From contig CAVZME010000009.1 in NCBI GenBank assembly GCA_963776385.1, positions 134,440-198,439 on the forward strand: a stretch of DNA of 64,000 nt, given 5' to 3'. The notes under the pieces were generated by a model that was not told the origin of the DNA, searched no databases, and saw nothing but the letters and a program-made list of their open reading frames with translations. Made by a program: the position numbers and the translations under genes. This DNA comes from an uncultured Chloroflexia bacterium. GTDB taxonomy: Bacteria; Chloroflexota; Limnocylindria; Limnocylindrales; CSP1-4. Within the stretch, counting starts at the first letter, position 1. Each line of letters begins with the position of its first letter. Positions 51,629-61,909 of this stretch are shown here, in pieces.

Positions 51629-52210
51629 ATGGAGACACCACCCCCGACCATCCTGCGGCTCGATCCACGCGGGCTCAAGGTCCTCGCCCACCCGCTCCGC
51701 TCACGCCTCCTGACGGCCCTCCGCGAGCACGGCCCGGCGACGGCGACGGCGCTCGCCGAACGCCTCGCCACGAACACCGGCGCGACGAGCTATCACCTGC
51801 GCAAGCTCGCCTCGGTCGGATTGGTCGAGGAGACCGACGACGGCCGCGGTCGCGAACGATGGTGGCGCGCGGCCACCGAGATGCACGGCTGGACCGAGCG
51901 CGACGTCGCCGGCGACCCCGATGCCGAGGCGGCCGCGGACTGGCTGCGCCGGTACTACCTCGCGATGTTCGTCGAGCGCTATGGGGCGTGGCTGGATGCC
52001 CATGCCGGCTGGTCGCTGGCCTGGCAGGACGTGGCGGGTTCGAGTGACTACGCGCTCCGCATCTCGCCGACCCGGCTCGCCGTCTTCGAGGCGGAGGTCG
52101 AGGCGCTGTTCGAGCGATTCCGTGCCGAGCCGCCGGCGCCCGATGACGCGGAGGCCGAGATCGTCCAGCTCTACGTGTATGCCTTCCCGCTCGACCGAGG
52201 TCCGCGATGA
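51629..52210 (+). CDS. ArsR-family winged-helix transcriptional regulator with a C-terminal extension
   Basis: LKVLAHPLRSRLLTALREHGPATATALAERLATNTGATSYHLRKLASVGLVEE is a canonical ArsR HTH. The stop overlaps the start of the MFS gene (ATGA at 52207). Confidence 0.8.
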   Translation: METPPPTILRLDPRGLKVLAHPLRSRLLTALREHGPATATALAERLATNTGATSYHLRKLASVGLVEETDDGRGRERWWRAATEMHGWTERDVAGDPDAEAAADWLRRYYLAMFVERYGAWLDAHAGWSLAWQDVAGSSDYALRISPTRLAVFEAEVEALFERFRAEPPAPDDAEAEIVQLYVYAFPLDRGPR

Positions 52211-53745
52211 CCGCCCTCGACGCTCGGTCGGCACGGACCCGCTACCTCATCCTGGTCGGCCTGCGCTGGCTCCCGACCGGTCTGCTCATCCCGGTCACGG
52301 TCCTGCTGGCGCTGTCCCGCGGGCTGTCGCTGACGGAGATCGGCCTGATCTTCAGCCTCCAGGGCCTCGTCGTGCTCGTCCTCGAACTGCCGACCGGCGG
52401 GCTGTCCGACGCGCTCGGTCGCCGGCCGGTGCTCATCCTCGCGAGCCTGGTCGGGCTCGTCTCGCTGGGTCTCCTGTACGTCGCGGATACGGTCGTGCTG
52501 TTCGCCGCCTCGACCATGCTCCAGGGGGTCTTCCGGGCGCTCGACAGCGGGCCCCTGGAGGCCTGGTACGTGGATGCCACGCTGGCCGCCGACCCGGCCG
52601 CGAAGATCGAGGATGGCCTGAGTGCCGGCAGCACGGTGCTGAGCCTCGCCATCGCGATCGGAGCGCTCATCTCGGGTGCGCTCGTCGCGCTGGCGCCCGT
52701 CCCGGCGGTCCCGACACTGGCCCTGCCCCTGCTCGTGGCGCTCGGCCTCGGCATCGTCAATCTCGTCGCCATCGTTGCGCTCATGCATGAAGTCCGGCCG
52801 CCGCGCGGAGTCGGTGCGGTGATGACGTCCGTCCGACAGGTCCCGAGCGTCATCGGCGACGGCATCGGACTGCTGCGCGGGTCGCGCGTCCTCGCGGCAC
52901 TCGTCGCGGTCGAGCTGTTCTGGGGCTTCGCGATGGTCACCTTCGAGAGCCTCTTCCCGGTCCGCCTGTCCGAGACCCTCGGCGACACCGACCAGGCGGC
53001 CGCGATCATGGGTCCGGTCACCTCGGTGGCCTGGTTCGCCGCGGCAGCCGGGGCGGCCGGGGTCGTCCTGCTTAGCCGGCGGATCGGTGTCTCGCGGTCG
53101 GCGGCATTCCTGCGCATCGGCCAGGGCGCGACGATCGTGCTCATGGGTCTGGTCGCCGGGCCGGCCGGCGTGGTCATCGCATTCCTGGCCTGCTACGTCG
53201 CCCACGGTGCCTCGAACCCGATGCACACGACGCTCCTCCACCGCGAGGTGGACGGCCCGCACCGGACGACCGTGCTGAGCCTGAACTCGATGGTCGGCCA
53301 GCCCGCCGGGGCCCTCGGCGCCATCCTGCTGGCTGCGCTCGCCGACGGGACCTCGATCTCGACGGCGATGGTCGTCGGGGGCGTGATCTGCGCACTCGGA
53401 GCGCCGTTCTACATCCCCGCCTGGCGGGCCGAGCGCGGCCCGGGCCGCGGCCGCGGCGGCCGTCGGCCGACCCGTCACCGCCTGACGGCGGCTACTCCGT
53501 CGCGTCCACCCAGCCGAGCGTCCGCTCGACGCCCTTGTGCCAGCGGGCGATGCCCGCGGCCCTGGTCGCCTCGTCCATCGCCGGCTCCCAGCGATGGGCC
53601 GCCCGGTCCATCGCCCGCAACTCGTCGAGCCCGGACCAGAAACCGACCGCCAGGCCCGCGGCGTAGGCCGCGCCGAGTGCACTCGTCTCGGCGATCGGTG
53701 GCGCCACGACCGGCCGCCCGAGGATATCGGCCTGGAACTGCATGA
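52207..53745 (+). CDS. MFS transporter; 3-prime end doubtful
   Basis: About 12 TM helices, with the MFS loop [18 protein letters not shown]. After ..[11 protein letters not shown] the ORF becomes R/P-rich and overlaps convergent glpK by about 250 nt. A TGA at 53483..53485 in the +1 frame would be a natural stop. Confidence 0.8.
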   Translation: MTALDARSARTRYLILVGLRWLPTGLLIPVTVLLALSRGLSLTEIGLIFSLQGLVVLVLELPTGGLSDALGRRPVLILASLVGLVSLGLLYVADTVVLFAASTMLQGVFRALDSGPLEAWYVDATLAADPAAKIEDGLSAGSTVLSLAIAIGALISGALVALAPVPAVPTLALPLLVALGLGIVNLVAIVALMHEVRPPRGVGAVMTSVRQVPSVIGDGIGLLRGSRVLAALVAVELFWGFAMVTFESLFPVRLSETLGDTDQAAAIMGPVTSVAWFAAAAGAAGVVLLSRRIGVSRSAAFLRIGQGATIVLMGLVAGPAGVVIAFLACYVAHGASNPMHTTLLHREVDGPHRTTVLSLNSMVGQPAGALGAILLAALADGTSISTAMVVGGVICALGAPFYIPAWRAERGPGRGRGGRRPTRHRLTAATPSRPPSRASARRPCASGRCPRPWSPRPSPAPSDGPPGPSPATRRARTRNRPPGPRRRPRRVHSSRRSVAPRPAARGYRPGTA

Positions 53746-55015
53746 GCAGCTGGTTGCGGGTCATCCCGCCATCGACGCGGAGTTCCGCGGGCAGGGCTCG
53801 ACCGAGGTCGGCGACCATCGCGTCCCCGAGGTCGGAGACCTGGTACGCCGTGGACTCGAGCGCGGCCCGGGCGATATGGGCGCGCGTCGCGTAGCGGGTG
53901 AGTCCGGCGATGATGCCGCGTGCGTCGCTCCGCCAGTGCGGAGCGAAGAGACCGGAGAACGCGGGCACGAACACGACGTCGCCCGAATCGGGCACCGATC
54001 CGGCGAGCGTCTCGACCTCGGACGCGTCGCCGATGATCCCGAGGTTGTCGCGCAGCCACTGGATGAGCGACCCGGCGACCGCCACCGACCCCTCGAGGGC
54101 GTACGTGGCTGGGCCGTCCCCGAGTCGCGCGGCCACGGTCGTGATGAGGCCGTGGCCGGAATGGACCGGCCGCTCGCCGGTGTGCATGAGCATGAAGCAG
54201 CCCGTGCCATAGGTGCACTTGATCTGGCCGGCCTCGAAGCAGGTCTGTCCGAACAGGGCCGCCTGCTGGTCGCCGAGATCGCCCGAGATGGGGACGCCTG
54301 CCAGGTCCCCCACCCCGAGGCCGTAGACCTCGGACGATGAACGGATGTCGGGAAGCATCGCGGCCGGCACGCCGACGGCGTCGAGCAGCGTCGGCTCCCA
54401 GGCGAGCGACTCCAGGCCCATGAGCATCGTCCGCGATGCGTTCGTGACATCGGTCACGTGGGCGCCGCCCGAGACGCCGCCGGTCAGGTGCCAGATGAGC
54501 CACGAATCGATGGTCCCGAACAGGAGGTCGCCGGCGTCGGCGGCGGCGCGTCGCTCCGGGCCTCCCTCGTCGAGGATCCAGGCGAGCTTCAGCGCCGACG
54601 AGTAGGTCGAGATCGGCAGCCCGGTCAGGGCGCGGAAGCGATCCGCCCCGGCCGGGTCTGCGGCCGCGAGACGGGCGCCCGCGTCCGCCGTCCGGGTGTC
54701 CTGCCAGACGATCGCGTGGTGGACCGGGCGTCCGGTCCGACGGTCCCAGACGACGGTCGTCTCGCGCTGGTCGCTGATGCCGACGGCGGCGAGGGCGGTC
54801 GCATCGGCGCCGATGTCACGCAGGGCGACCCGGACACAGGTCCGCACGCGCTCGAGGATCTCGTCGGCATCGTGCTCGACCCAGCCGGGCCGCGGCGTGA
54901 TCTGGGCGTGCTCCAGCTGGTGGCTGGCGACCGGCTGCCCGGCCCGGTCGAAGAGGATGCAGCGGCTGCTCGTCGTCCCCTGGTCGATGGCGGCGACGAG
55001 CGACCGCGGCTGCAT
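53492..55015 (-). CDS. glpK: Glycerol kinase
   Basis: Intact, 507 aa from the ATG at 55015. It has [58 protein letters not shown] and [18 protein letters not shown]. The ORF-track extension to 55138 is not credible. Confidence 0.95.
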   Translation of the reverse strand: MQPRSLVAAIDQGTTSSRCILFDRAGQPVASHQLEHAQITPRPGWVEHDADEILERVRTCVRVALRDIGADATALAAVGISDQRETTVVWDRRTGRPVHHAIVWQDTRTADAGARLAAADPAGADRFRALTGLPISTYSSALKLAWILDEGGPERRAAADAGDLLFGTIDSWLIWHLTGGVSGGAHVTDVTNASRTMLMGLESLAWEPTLLDAVGVPAAMLPDIRSSSEVYGLGVGDLAGVPISGDLGDQQAALFGQTCFEAGQIKCTYGTGCFMLMHTGERPVHSGHGLITTVAARLGDGPATYALEGSVAVAGSLIQWLRDNLGIIGDASEVETLAGSVPDSGDVVFVPAFSGLFAPHWRSDARGIIAGLTRYATRAHIARAALESTAYQVSDLGDAMVADLGRALPAELRVDGGMTRNQLLMQFQADILGRPVVAPPIAETSALGAAYAAGLAVGFWSGLDELRAMDRAAHRWEPAMDEATRAAGIARWHKGVERTLGWVDATE

Positions 55016-55022
55016 GGCTGGC

Positions 55023-55664
55023 CTAGTAGCGGTACGCGCTCCGGTCGATCGAGGTGATCGACGAACCGACGTCTCTGATCTGCCAGAACAACGCCGCGAC
55101 ACCGAGGACGAGGAACGACACGATGCCGATGACGCCATTGGCGAGCAGCGATCCGAAGATCCCGTCGTTGAGCGCTTCGAGCTTGATCTGGCCGAGGAAG
55201 ATCAGGACGCCGTTGACGACCGCGGCAGCGCCGCTGAACGCCGAGAACGCCATCACAAGCAGGATCGGGACGCCGAGCACGAACGTGGCGATGGCGAAGA
55301 TCGCACCGACGATGAGACCGATGACGACCACGATCGGGCCGGTGCCAAGGCCGAGCCAGTCGAAGAAACCGATGCCCAGGGCGTAGCCGACGGCTCCGCC
55401 GAGGATGACGATCGCGGCGTAGTACCAGAAGAACGAGATCGCCGCGAGGACGATGCCGAAGACCAGGCCGATGCCCCACGACAGGACGGTCGTGAAGACC
55501 CCGGCATCGCCGAAGACGTCGACGCTCCACTGGGCGCCGGCGATCAGGCCGAAGAAGAAGGCCCACAGCGGCAGCAGGATCGTGAACAGCTTCAGGCCAT
55601 AGAAGGCCCAGGCGAGGCCGATGCCGATCGCGAGCAGTCCGATGATGATCCCTTCGAGAGACAT
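55023..55664 (-). CDS. Glycine-rich polytopic membrane protein (DUF4203-like, tentative)
   Basis: It starts [23 protein letters not shown]. Seven Gly/Ile/Phe-rich helices follow. It is intact. Confidence 0.65.
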   Translation of the reverse strand: MSLEGIIIGLLAIGIGLAWAFYGLKLFTILLPLWAFFFGLIAGAQWSVDVFGDAGVFTTVLSWGIGLVFGIVLAAISFFWYYAAIVILGGAVGYALGIGFFDWLGLGTGPIVVVIGLIVGAIFAIATFVLGVPILLVMAFSAFSGAAAVVNGVLIFLGQIKLEALNDGIFGSLLANGVIGIVSFLVLGVAALFWQIRDVGSSITSIDRSAYRY

Positions 55665-55784
55665 GAACCCCTCCAACCTCACGACGTCCGCTGCCGGGCA
55701 CAGGCAGACGTGTTCGGACGTCCCTCGGTGCGGACTATACGCCGCGAATCAAGCCCCTCGGGACCGGAATCAGCCGCAGACGCG

Positions 55785-57078
55785 TCAGGAGCGCTTCACC
55801 GACCGACCCATGACATCGCGACTGCGCAATGCATTCGCGCTGGCAAAGTGGGCTTGCTTGCGCAGCGGCTCGGCCATCGGGGCCGCGTAGACGACCTCTT
55901 CCTCGGCCAGTGTGTCCACCACCGAGCGGATCTCGCGGTCGTCGCCGGCGTAGCCGAGGATCCGCGCGCGGGTCGCATCGAGGATCCGTCGTGCCCCGGC
56001 GTAGTCGCCATCCCGGTTCCGGCCGATCGCCTCCTGGCGGGCGCGTGCCGCGAACAGCCGGGCCACGACGCGATCCACGTCGCGGTCGCGTGTCTGGGCG
56101 TCGTTCGCGACGTCGTCCGCGTAGGTCCAGGTGAGGCGGACCGGATCGTGGCCCCCGGCGAGGCGTGCTGCGAAGACGCCATCGCGGTCGGTCAGGGCGA
56201 CGATCGCCCCGGTGTCGCGGCCGACGTCGCCGTACGGGAACGACAGCCGCAGCACGACCTCGACGACCTGCTCGGAGACGAGGTCCCCGAGCGACACGAC
56301 CGTCCGGTTGCCGCTCGTCGTCAGGCGATACGGGCTGATGGCATCGATCCGGATGTCGTCGCGAGCGGTGATCTCGAGGCTGACCTCGCGGGCGACCGTC
56401 TCGAGCGTCTCACCCACCTCGGATGTGATCGCGTCCCGGATCTGGGGCGCGTCGGCGATGTAGTAGAAATGGCCGCCGCCGGCGTCGGCGAGGTCCTGCA
56501 GCAACCGCTCGTCGAAGTCGTTGCCGACGCCGAAGGTGGAGGTCGAGACGCCGCGGGCTCGAAGCTCCCGGGCATGCGTCGCCAGCTGGTCGGGCGCGGT
56601 GATCCCGACATTGGCGAGGCCGTCGGTCAGGAGCAGGCAGCGGTTGACCCCGCTGCCGGCAAGGTGCGCTGCGACCTGTTCGCAGCCGCGCAGCCAGCCT
56701 TCGCCGAGGTTCGTGCTGCCGCGCGCGTCCACGGCGCGCAAACGCTCGATGGCGCCGCGTCGCGCCTCGGCCGAGGCCTGCGTCGATCCGCACACGATGT
56801 CGACGACATCGTCGTACACGACCACGCTGAACCGATCGTCCGGCTGGAGACGGCCGATGGCCTCCTCGACAGCGGCCTTCGCGACGTGGAGCTTCGGCGC
56901 CGGACATCGAGCCGGACCTGTCCAGAACGATGGCGAGATTGACCGGGGAACGGTCACGCTCGCTCGTGGCGCGTGGCGCCTCGACGCGGACGAGCAGGAA
57001 GCGTTTGCTGTGGGCGTTGGGCCGGATGAGCCGGCGGTCCTGGCGGACCTCGAGCGTGGGGTCGATGCGGGTGGTCAT
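55785..57078 (-). CDS. von Willebrand factor A (vWA) domain protein with a long C-terminal extension (one frame change near 56910)
   Basis: The MIDAS motif is NLAIVLDRSGSMSG in ORF 56410..57078. It continues KLHVAKAAVEEAIGRLQPDDRFSVVVYDD..GSTNLGEGW..LLLTDGLANVG in ORF 55785..56957. The start overlaps the merR-like stop (ATGA at 57075..57078). Confidence 0.8.
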
Positions 57079-57687
57079 GAGCGGTCCTCCTCGAGGAGTT
57101 CACGGGCGATCGTCACGAGGCGATCGATCCCTTTCTGCTGCGCCCGGGTGAGCGGGCGACGGATGTGGAGTTCGACATCGGGTGCGAGCGCGATCCGCTC
57201 CCACTGCGAGCGCTCGATGGTCGTGGTCACCGCGTCCGGCGTCTCACTGCTGTCCCGTCTTGGGGAGGCGAACGAGGGCACGGTCTCGGTGATATCGCAT
57301 GCGTCGCAGCGCGCTGGCCGGCGCGGCCATGGCGGATCGCACGAATCCCGGCGGGGGCATCGCCTTCTCGGTCCCCCTGAGGACGGTGCGCAGGTAGTCC
57401 AGAGCGGTGTCCGCCGGCGGCGGCGCGTCGTCGGCGGCGAGCTCGCGGATGTCCGACTCGGTGAGGTCGTCGAGACGACGCCGGATCTCGGCGAGGGGCA
57501 GGTGTTCGGCCTGGAGCCGCCGGATGAGCCGCAGGCGCATGAGATGGCTCGGGTCGTACTTGCTGCCCGGACCGGACGGGCCGACGGCCGGCAGGAGACC
57601 CTGCGCAAGGTAGTAGCGGACCGTGCGCGGGGTCACCCCGGCAAGGTCCGCGAGCTCGGTGAGGGAATAGCGGTCATCGTCTGGCAC
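57075..57687 (-). CDS. MerR-family transcriptional regulator with a C-terminal extension (one frame change near 57290)
   Basis: GTG at 57687. The HTH is YSLTELADLAGVTPRTVRYYLAQGLLP...YDPSHLMRLRLIRRLQAEHLPLAEIRRRL. The tail ..TTTIERSQWERIALAPDVELHIRRPLTRAQQKGIDRLVTIARELLEEDRS* lies in ORF 57075..57608. Confidence 0.75.
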
Positions 57688-57696
57688 GACGCTATA

Positions 57697-57722
57697 TTGA
57701 CAGTGCAACGTGCCACTGTCAA
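57697..57722. promoter_or_regulatory. Perfect inverted repeat TTGACAGTG-n8-CACTGTCAA in the merR-like divergent promoter
   Basis: 9-bp perfect arms, 10 nt upstream of the merR-like GTG, flanked by TATA. This is the MerR-operator-like geometry of a dyad overlapping a TTGACA -35. Confidence 0.5.
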
Positions 57723-57840
57723 TACCCAGCCCGGGACCGCCATGGCGTCTCCATCGCCGCTCCACAACCGGCGGCCAGGATCGACGTCATCAGGGATCCA
57801 TGGTGGAACCCTCAGCCAGGACAAGGAGTCCTCACACGTC

Positions 57841-58291
57841 ATGCCCAGAGTCATCGCAGCCATCCTGCTCGTCGCCGTCCTCGCGATCGGCGGCGGGCTC
57901 ATCGCCACCACGGCCTACCAGGCCGGCTTGTCCACCGCCGTCACGACCGCGAGCGCCGCGGGTGCCACGGTCGTCGCACCCGTCGTCGTCCCGGCCTACG
58001 GCTACGGCTGGGGCTGGCACCCCGGGTTCGGCATCTTCGGCTTCCTCGCCGCGTTGTTCTTCCTGTTCATCGTCTTCGGCCTGATCCGGGCCATCGTCTG
58101 GCGCGGCGGGCCGGGTCGCCATGGCGGCTGGGGCCGCGGCGGCTGGTCGCGGACCCGGCGGACCCGGCTCCGACCGATCGCCCTGGGAGGCCCGCGCCCA
58201 CGAGACCTTCGACGACTGGCATCGCCGGGCCCACGATCCGTCGCTGCCGACCGACCCGACCGCGTCGGCTGGCCCGCCTTCCGGCGGCTGA
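57841..58291 (+). CDS. Small membrane protein with Gly/Trp-rich and WHRRAH C-terminal motifs (one frame change near 58150)
   Basis: It reads MPRVIAAILLVAVLAIGGGLIATTAY..GYGWGWHPGFGIFGFLAALFFLFIVFGLIRAIVW. After the shift it reads ..WEARAHETFDDWHRRAHDP..GG*. It lies upstream of the OmpR-type two-component pair. Confidence 0.5.
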
Positions 58292-58363
58292 CCGACGCCT
58301 CCCCGCTCCCCGCGCCCTCGGACGAGATGTCCGAGGGCGCCTCCGCCTCTAGGATGGACGCCG

Positions 58364-59056
58364 ATGAAGACCATCCTCGTCGTCGATGACGAACCGAAGA
58401 TCGTCACCCTGGCCCGCGACTACCTCGAGCACGCGGGATTCGCCGTGCTGACGGCCGCCGATGGCAGGTCCGCGGTCGCGTCCGTCCGCCAGCGGCGCCC
58501 GGACCTCGTGGTCCTCGACCTCGGCCTGCCCGGACTGGACGGACTCGACGTGACCCGTGAGCTCCGCCGCGACTCGACCATCCCGATCGTCATGCTGACG
58601 GCCCGCGACGACGAGTTCGACAAGCTGCTCGGTCTCGAACTCGGCGCCGACGATTACCTCACCAAGCCGTTCAGCCCGCGCGAACTGGTCGCCCGGGTCC
58701 GGGCGGTCCTCCGGCGAGCCGATCGGCCACCCGACGCTGCGGAGATCATCCGCGTCGGCGATGTCGTCCTGGACCAGCCCCGGATGCGGGCGACGATCGG
58801 CGGGACGGTCATCGACCTCACCCCGACTGAATTCGGGTTGCTCGCGACGATGGCCGCCCGGCCAGGTCGCATCTTCACCCGGGCGCAGCTCCTCGACGCG
58901 CTGCACGGCATCACGTTCGAGACCTACGAGCGGGCGATCGACTCGCACATCAAGAACCTGCGCCGCAAGATCGAATCCGACCCGCGCCGGCCCCGCTACG
59001 TCCTGACGGTCTACGGCGTCGGCTACCGGTTCTCCGACGCACGAGTCGGCGAATGA
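58364..59056 (+). CDS. OmpR/PhoB-family response regulator
   Basis: Intact, 230 aa. It has KTILVVDDEPKI, DLVVLDLGLPGLDG, MLTARDDEFDKLLGLELGADDYLTKPF and the winged helix LTPTEFGLL...VYGVGYRF. Confidence 0.9.
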   Translation: MKTILVVDDEPKIVTLARDYLEHAGFAVLTAADGRSAVASVRQRRPDLVVLDLGLPGLDGLDVTRELRRDSTIPIVMLTARDDEFDKLLGLELGADDYLTKPFSPRELVARVRAVLRRADRPPDAAEIIRVGDVVLDQPRMRATIGGTVIDLTPTEFGLLATMAARPGRIFTRAQLLDALHGITFETYERAIDSHIKNLRRKIESDPRRPRYVLTVYGVGYRFSDARVGE

Positions 59057-59131
59057 CCCACGGCGACGATCCCGAATCGCTGGAGCGAGCGTGACTGGCG
59101 CACCGCGCGCGAGAGGTGGCGTCGCCGCCGG

Positions 59132-60175
59132 ATGGCCGAAGGCGCCCGGATGCAGCGCGGCGGACCACCGTGGATGGCGGGGCGCGGCTTCGGCTGCGTG
59201 TTCGCTCTCCTCTTCCTGTTCGTCATCGGCTCGCTCGTCGCCGGGATGGCGATCGTCCTCTCGAACCTTGGCCCCGTGCCCGGGATCGTCGCGCTGGCCG
59301 TGGTCGTCGCGGTGGTCGTCGGCATGGGTCGGACGCTGTTCCTGGCGGCCCGCGCGATGGACCGGCTGGTCGAGGCGACACGCCGGGTCGAGGCGGGCGA
59401 CTACTCGGTCCGCGTCGACGCGGGGCGTCGGTCGTCCGGTGGCCTGCAGGTCGTCGGCGAGCTGATCGAAGGCTTCGACACGATGATCGGCCGGCTCGAG
59501 GCGGACGAACACCAGCGCCGGACGCTCCTTGCCGAGATCAGCCACGAGCTGCGGACGCCGCTGACGGTCGTGCAGGGCAACCTCGAGGCGATCGCCGACG
59601 GGATCTACCCGCCCGATCCGGCCCACATCAGCCTGATCCTCGACGAGACGAAGGTCCTCGCCCGGCTCATCGACGACCTGCGGACGCTGGCCCTGTCGGA
59701 AGCCGGCACCCTCACGCTCCATCCCGAACCGACCGATCCCGACCTGCTCGTGGCCGAGGTGGTGCGCTCCTTCGAGCCGGCGGCTGTGGCGGCGAAGGTG
59801 ACCCTGGGCATCTCGATCGATGGCGACCTGCCGATCATCGATCTCGACCCGGTCCGCATCCGCGAGGTCCTCTCGAACCTCGTGTCGAATGCGCTCCTCC
59901 ACACGCCGGCCCGGGGCCGCGTGACGGTCGTGGGCGCGGTCGATCCCGGGGCATGGGTCCGCCTCGAGGTCCGCGACACCGGGGAGGGCATCCCGCCCGA
60001 GCTCCTGCCCTACGTCTTCGATCGGTTCGTCAAGGGCGACACGTCACGCGGGTCTGGCCTCGGCCTCGCCATCGCCCGCCAGCTCGTGGCCGCCCACGAC
60101 GGTGACATCGAAGCGGAGTCACGCCCCGGCGAGGGAACGACGATCCGGTTCAGGCTTCCGTTCAGGGACGCCTGA
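59132..60175 (+). CDS. Sensor histidine kinase (TM-HAMP-HisKA-HATPase_c)
   Basis: Intact, 347 aa. The H-box is LLAEISHELRTPLT, the N-box LSNLVSNALLHT, and the G-boxes are RDTGEGI and GSGLGLAIAR. Confidence 0.9.
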   Translation: MAEGARMQRGGPPWMAGRGFGCVFALLFLFVIGSLVAGMAIVLSNLGPVPGIVALAVVVAVVVGMGRTLFLAARAMDRLVEATRRVEAGDYSVRVDAGRRSSGGLQVVGELIEGFDTMIGRLEADEHQRRTLLAEISHELRTPLTVVQGNLEAIADGIYPPDPAHISLILDETKVLARLIDDLRTLALSEAGTLTLHPEPTDPDLLVAEVVRSFEPAAVAAKVTLGISIDGDLPIIDLDPVRIREVLSNLVSNALLHTPARGRVTVVGAVDPGAWVRLEVRDTGEGIPPELLPYVFDRFVKGDTSRGSGLGLAIARQLVAAHDGDIEAESRPGEGTTIRFRLPFRDA

Positions 60176-61763
60176 TCCGCACGTCGTCGACGGCCGCCTC
60201 GATCGTGCTCCCCCGGCCACGGTCGGCCGCAGCGAAGACGATCCGGACCGTCTCGCCGGCCCACGGCGTCATCGGGATCGAGGCCGATGCCCAGCTCGGG
60301 AGGTCCGTGTTCGCCGCTCCGAGCTCCTGGCGCACGAGCGTCCGCGACCCATCGGCCCGCTCGACATAGACGCGGAAGTAGTCCAGCGACGTGGCGTTCG
60401 AGCTATGGGAGAGGTAGTACCGGAACGTCAGCGGACCGACCGTCGCAGGCAGTGCGATCGGCGCTGAGCGGACCGTCGTCACGCCACCATCGACATCGTA
60501 GGAACTCGCCCGGCTGCCGGCCTTGAGGCCGGTCACGAGAGCAGCCGACCCGGATGTCGTCGTGCCCTTCTGGCGTGGGGTCGCGGCGGGATTCCCCCGC
60601 TGCCACGCGCCGGCCGTGGCCGTGTCGGTCCCGAGCGGGTCCGTCTGCCAGCCGCCGTAGGTCTCGAGGTTGTCGTACAGCGCGCCGCAGTTCGCGCTCG
60701 CCTTGCCCGACAGGGCGTACGGGCAGCCGGCAGCCTCGATCAGCATCAGGATCGCGTTCCGGTTGCGTTCCGTCTGGGGCCCGATGACCTCGTCCGGCGG
60801 GTAGAACCGCCGGGTCGTGCTGACCACGCTGTGGCTCGGATACAGCTCGAAGGTGTACATGAAGATGTGTTCCCTGCCGTATGCCCAGTCGATCTCGTCG
60901 CCGTCGGTGACGTACAGGCTGCTCGACTGCATCGCCGTGTAGCCATTGGTCGTGGCCATCTTCTTGCCCAGCGCCACGAGCGCGGCGTGGTCGTCGGTGG
61001 TCATGTCGTACGGGACATCCGCCTTGGTATAGCCGTACGGCCAGAGGATCTGCTCACCGGCGGTGTGGAACGTGATGGCCGTCTTGATCTGCTGGCGGCC
61101 ACCGATCCGGCGACTCGCCATGAAGTCACGGATGGCACGCGTTTCCGGGGCCGAGAAAGCCTTCGGGCCGTGGTAGGTCGCCGCCGACTTCACGCTCGAC
61201 GAGCCGCCGCAGCAGGCCCAGTGATAGCCGTAGTTCCGGTTGAGGTCGGTCCCGATGGCGGTCGAATTCGGGTTGGGCTGGCGGTTCTTGCGCCAGGAGC
61301 GGTACGGCGAACCGGTCAGGTCGTACTCCGCGCCGTCGGGGTTGACCGCGAAGATGATCCAGATCTCGCGCGTGTCGACGATGCGGGTGATCCGCTCGTC
61401 GGTCCCGTAACCCGTCGTCAGCCAGCGCAGGATCGCGAGCGTCTGCTCGAGCGAGAGGTGCTCCCGGGCGTGATGGAGGCCGTCGAACATGACCTCCGGC
61501 TCAGGCTCGTCCGTGGCGACGTTGTCGGAAACCTTGGCGACCCACAGGTCGCGGCCCTGGTAGCTCTTCCCGATCGAGCGGAGCGCGACGATATCCGGAT
61601 GGGCGGCCTGGGTGGCCTGGATCTCGGCGACCATCTCCGCATACGTGTGGTATCCGGCGTCGTACGACGGGAAGTCGGCGGCCGCGACCGCGGGCGCGAG
61701 GCTCGTCAACAGGAGCAGGGACCCGGCGACGCCGAGCAGCGGACCTCGAATGCGGTGGTGCAT
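60162..61763 (-). CDS. Secreted M14 zinc carboxypeptidase with a C-terminal beta-sandwich domain
   Basis: ATG at 61763. The signal is LLGVAGSLLLLTSLAPAVAAA. The zinc motif is FDGLHHAREH. It also has FAVNPDGAEYD, GTDLNRNYGYHW, ITFHTAGEQILWPYGY and YTFELYP. The ORF-track extension to 62108 is not credible. Confidence 0.85.
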   Translation of the reverse strand: MHHRIRGPLLGVAGSLLLLTSLAPAVAAADFPSYDAGYHTYAEMVAEIQATQAAHPDIVALRSIGKSYQGRDLWVAKVSDNVATDEPEPEVMFDGLHHAREHLSLEQTLAILRWLTTGYGTDERITRIVDTREIWIIFAVNPDGAEYDLTGSPYRSWRKNRQPNPNSTAIGTDLNRNYGYHWACCGGSSSVKSAATYHGPKAFSAPETRAIRDFMASRRIGGRQQIKTAITFHTAGEQILWPYGYTKADVPYDMTTDDHAALVALGKKMATTNGYTAMQSSSLYVTDGDEIDWAYGREHIFMYTFELYPSHSVVSTTRRFYPPDEVIGPQTERNRNAILMLIEAAGCPYALSGKASANCGALYDNLETYGGWQTDPLGTDTATAGAWQRGNPAATPRQKGTTTSGSAALVTGLKAGSRASSYDVDGGVTTVRSAPIALPATVGPLTFRYYLSHSSNATSLDYFRVYVERADGSRTLVRQELGAANTDLPSWASASIPMTPWAGETVRIVFAAADRGRGSTIEAAVDDVRIRRP

Positions 61764-61909
61764 GGACGCATCATCGCGGCCGACGCCAGGATGCGGACAT
61801 CCCGCGATTGGGCTACTCGCGACCCTGACCGATGCGTCCCGCTGCGGAATCGACTGGCCGCCCGCGGAACGCGGGCGGCCAGTCGTCTCTCTCGAACCAG
61901 CGAACCGGG

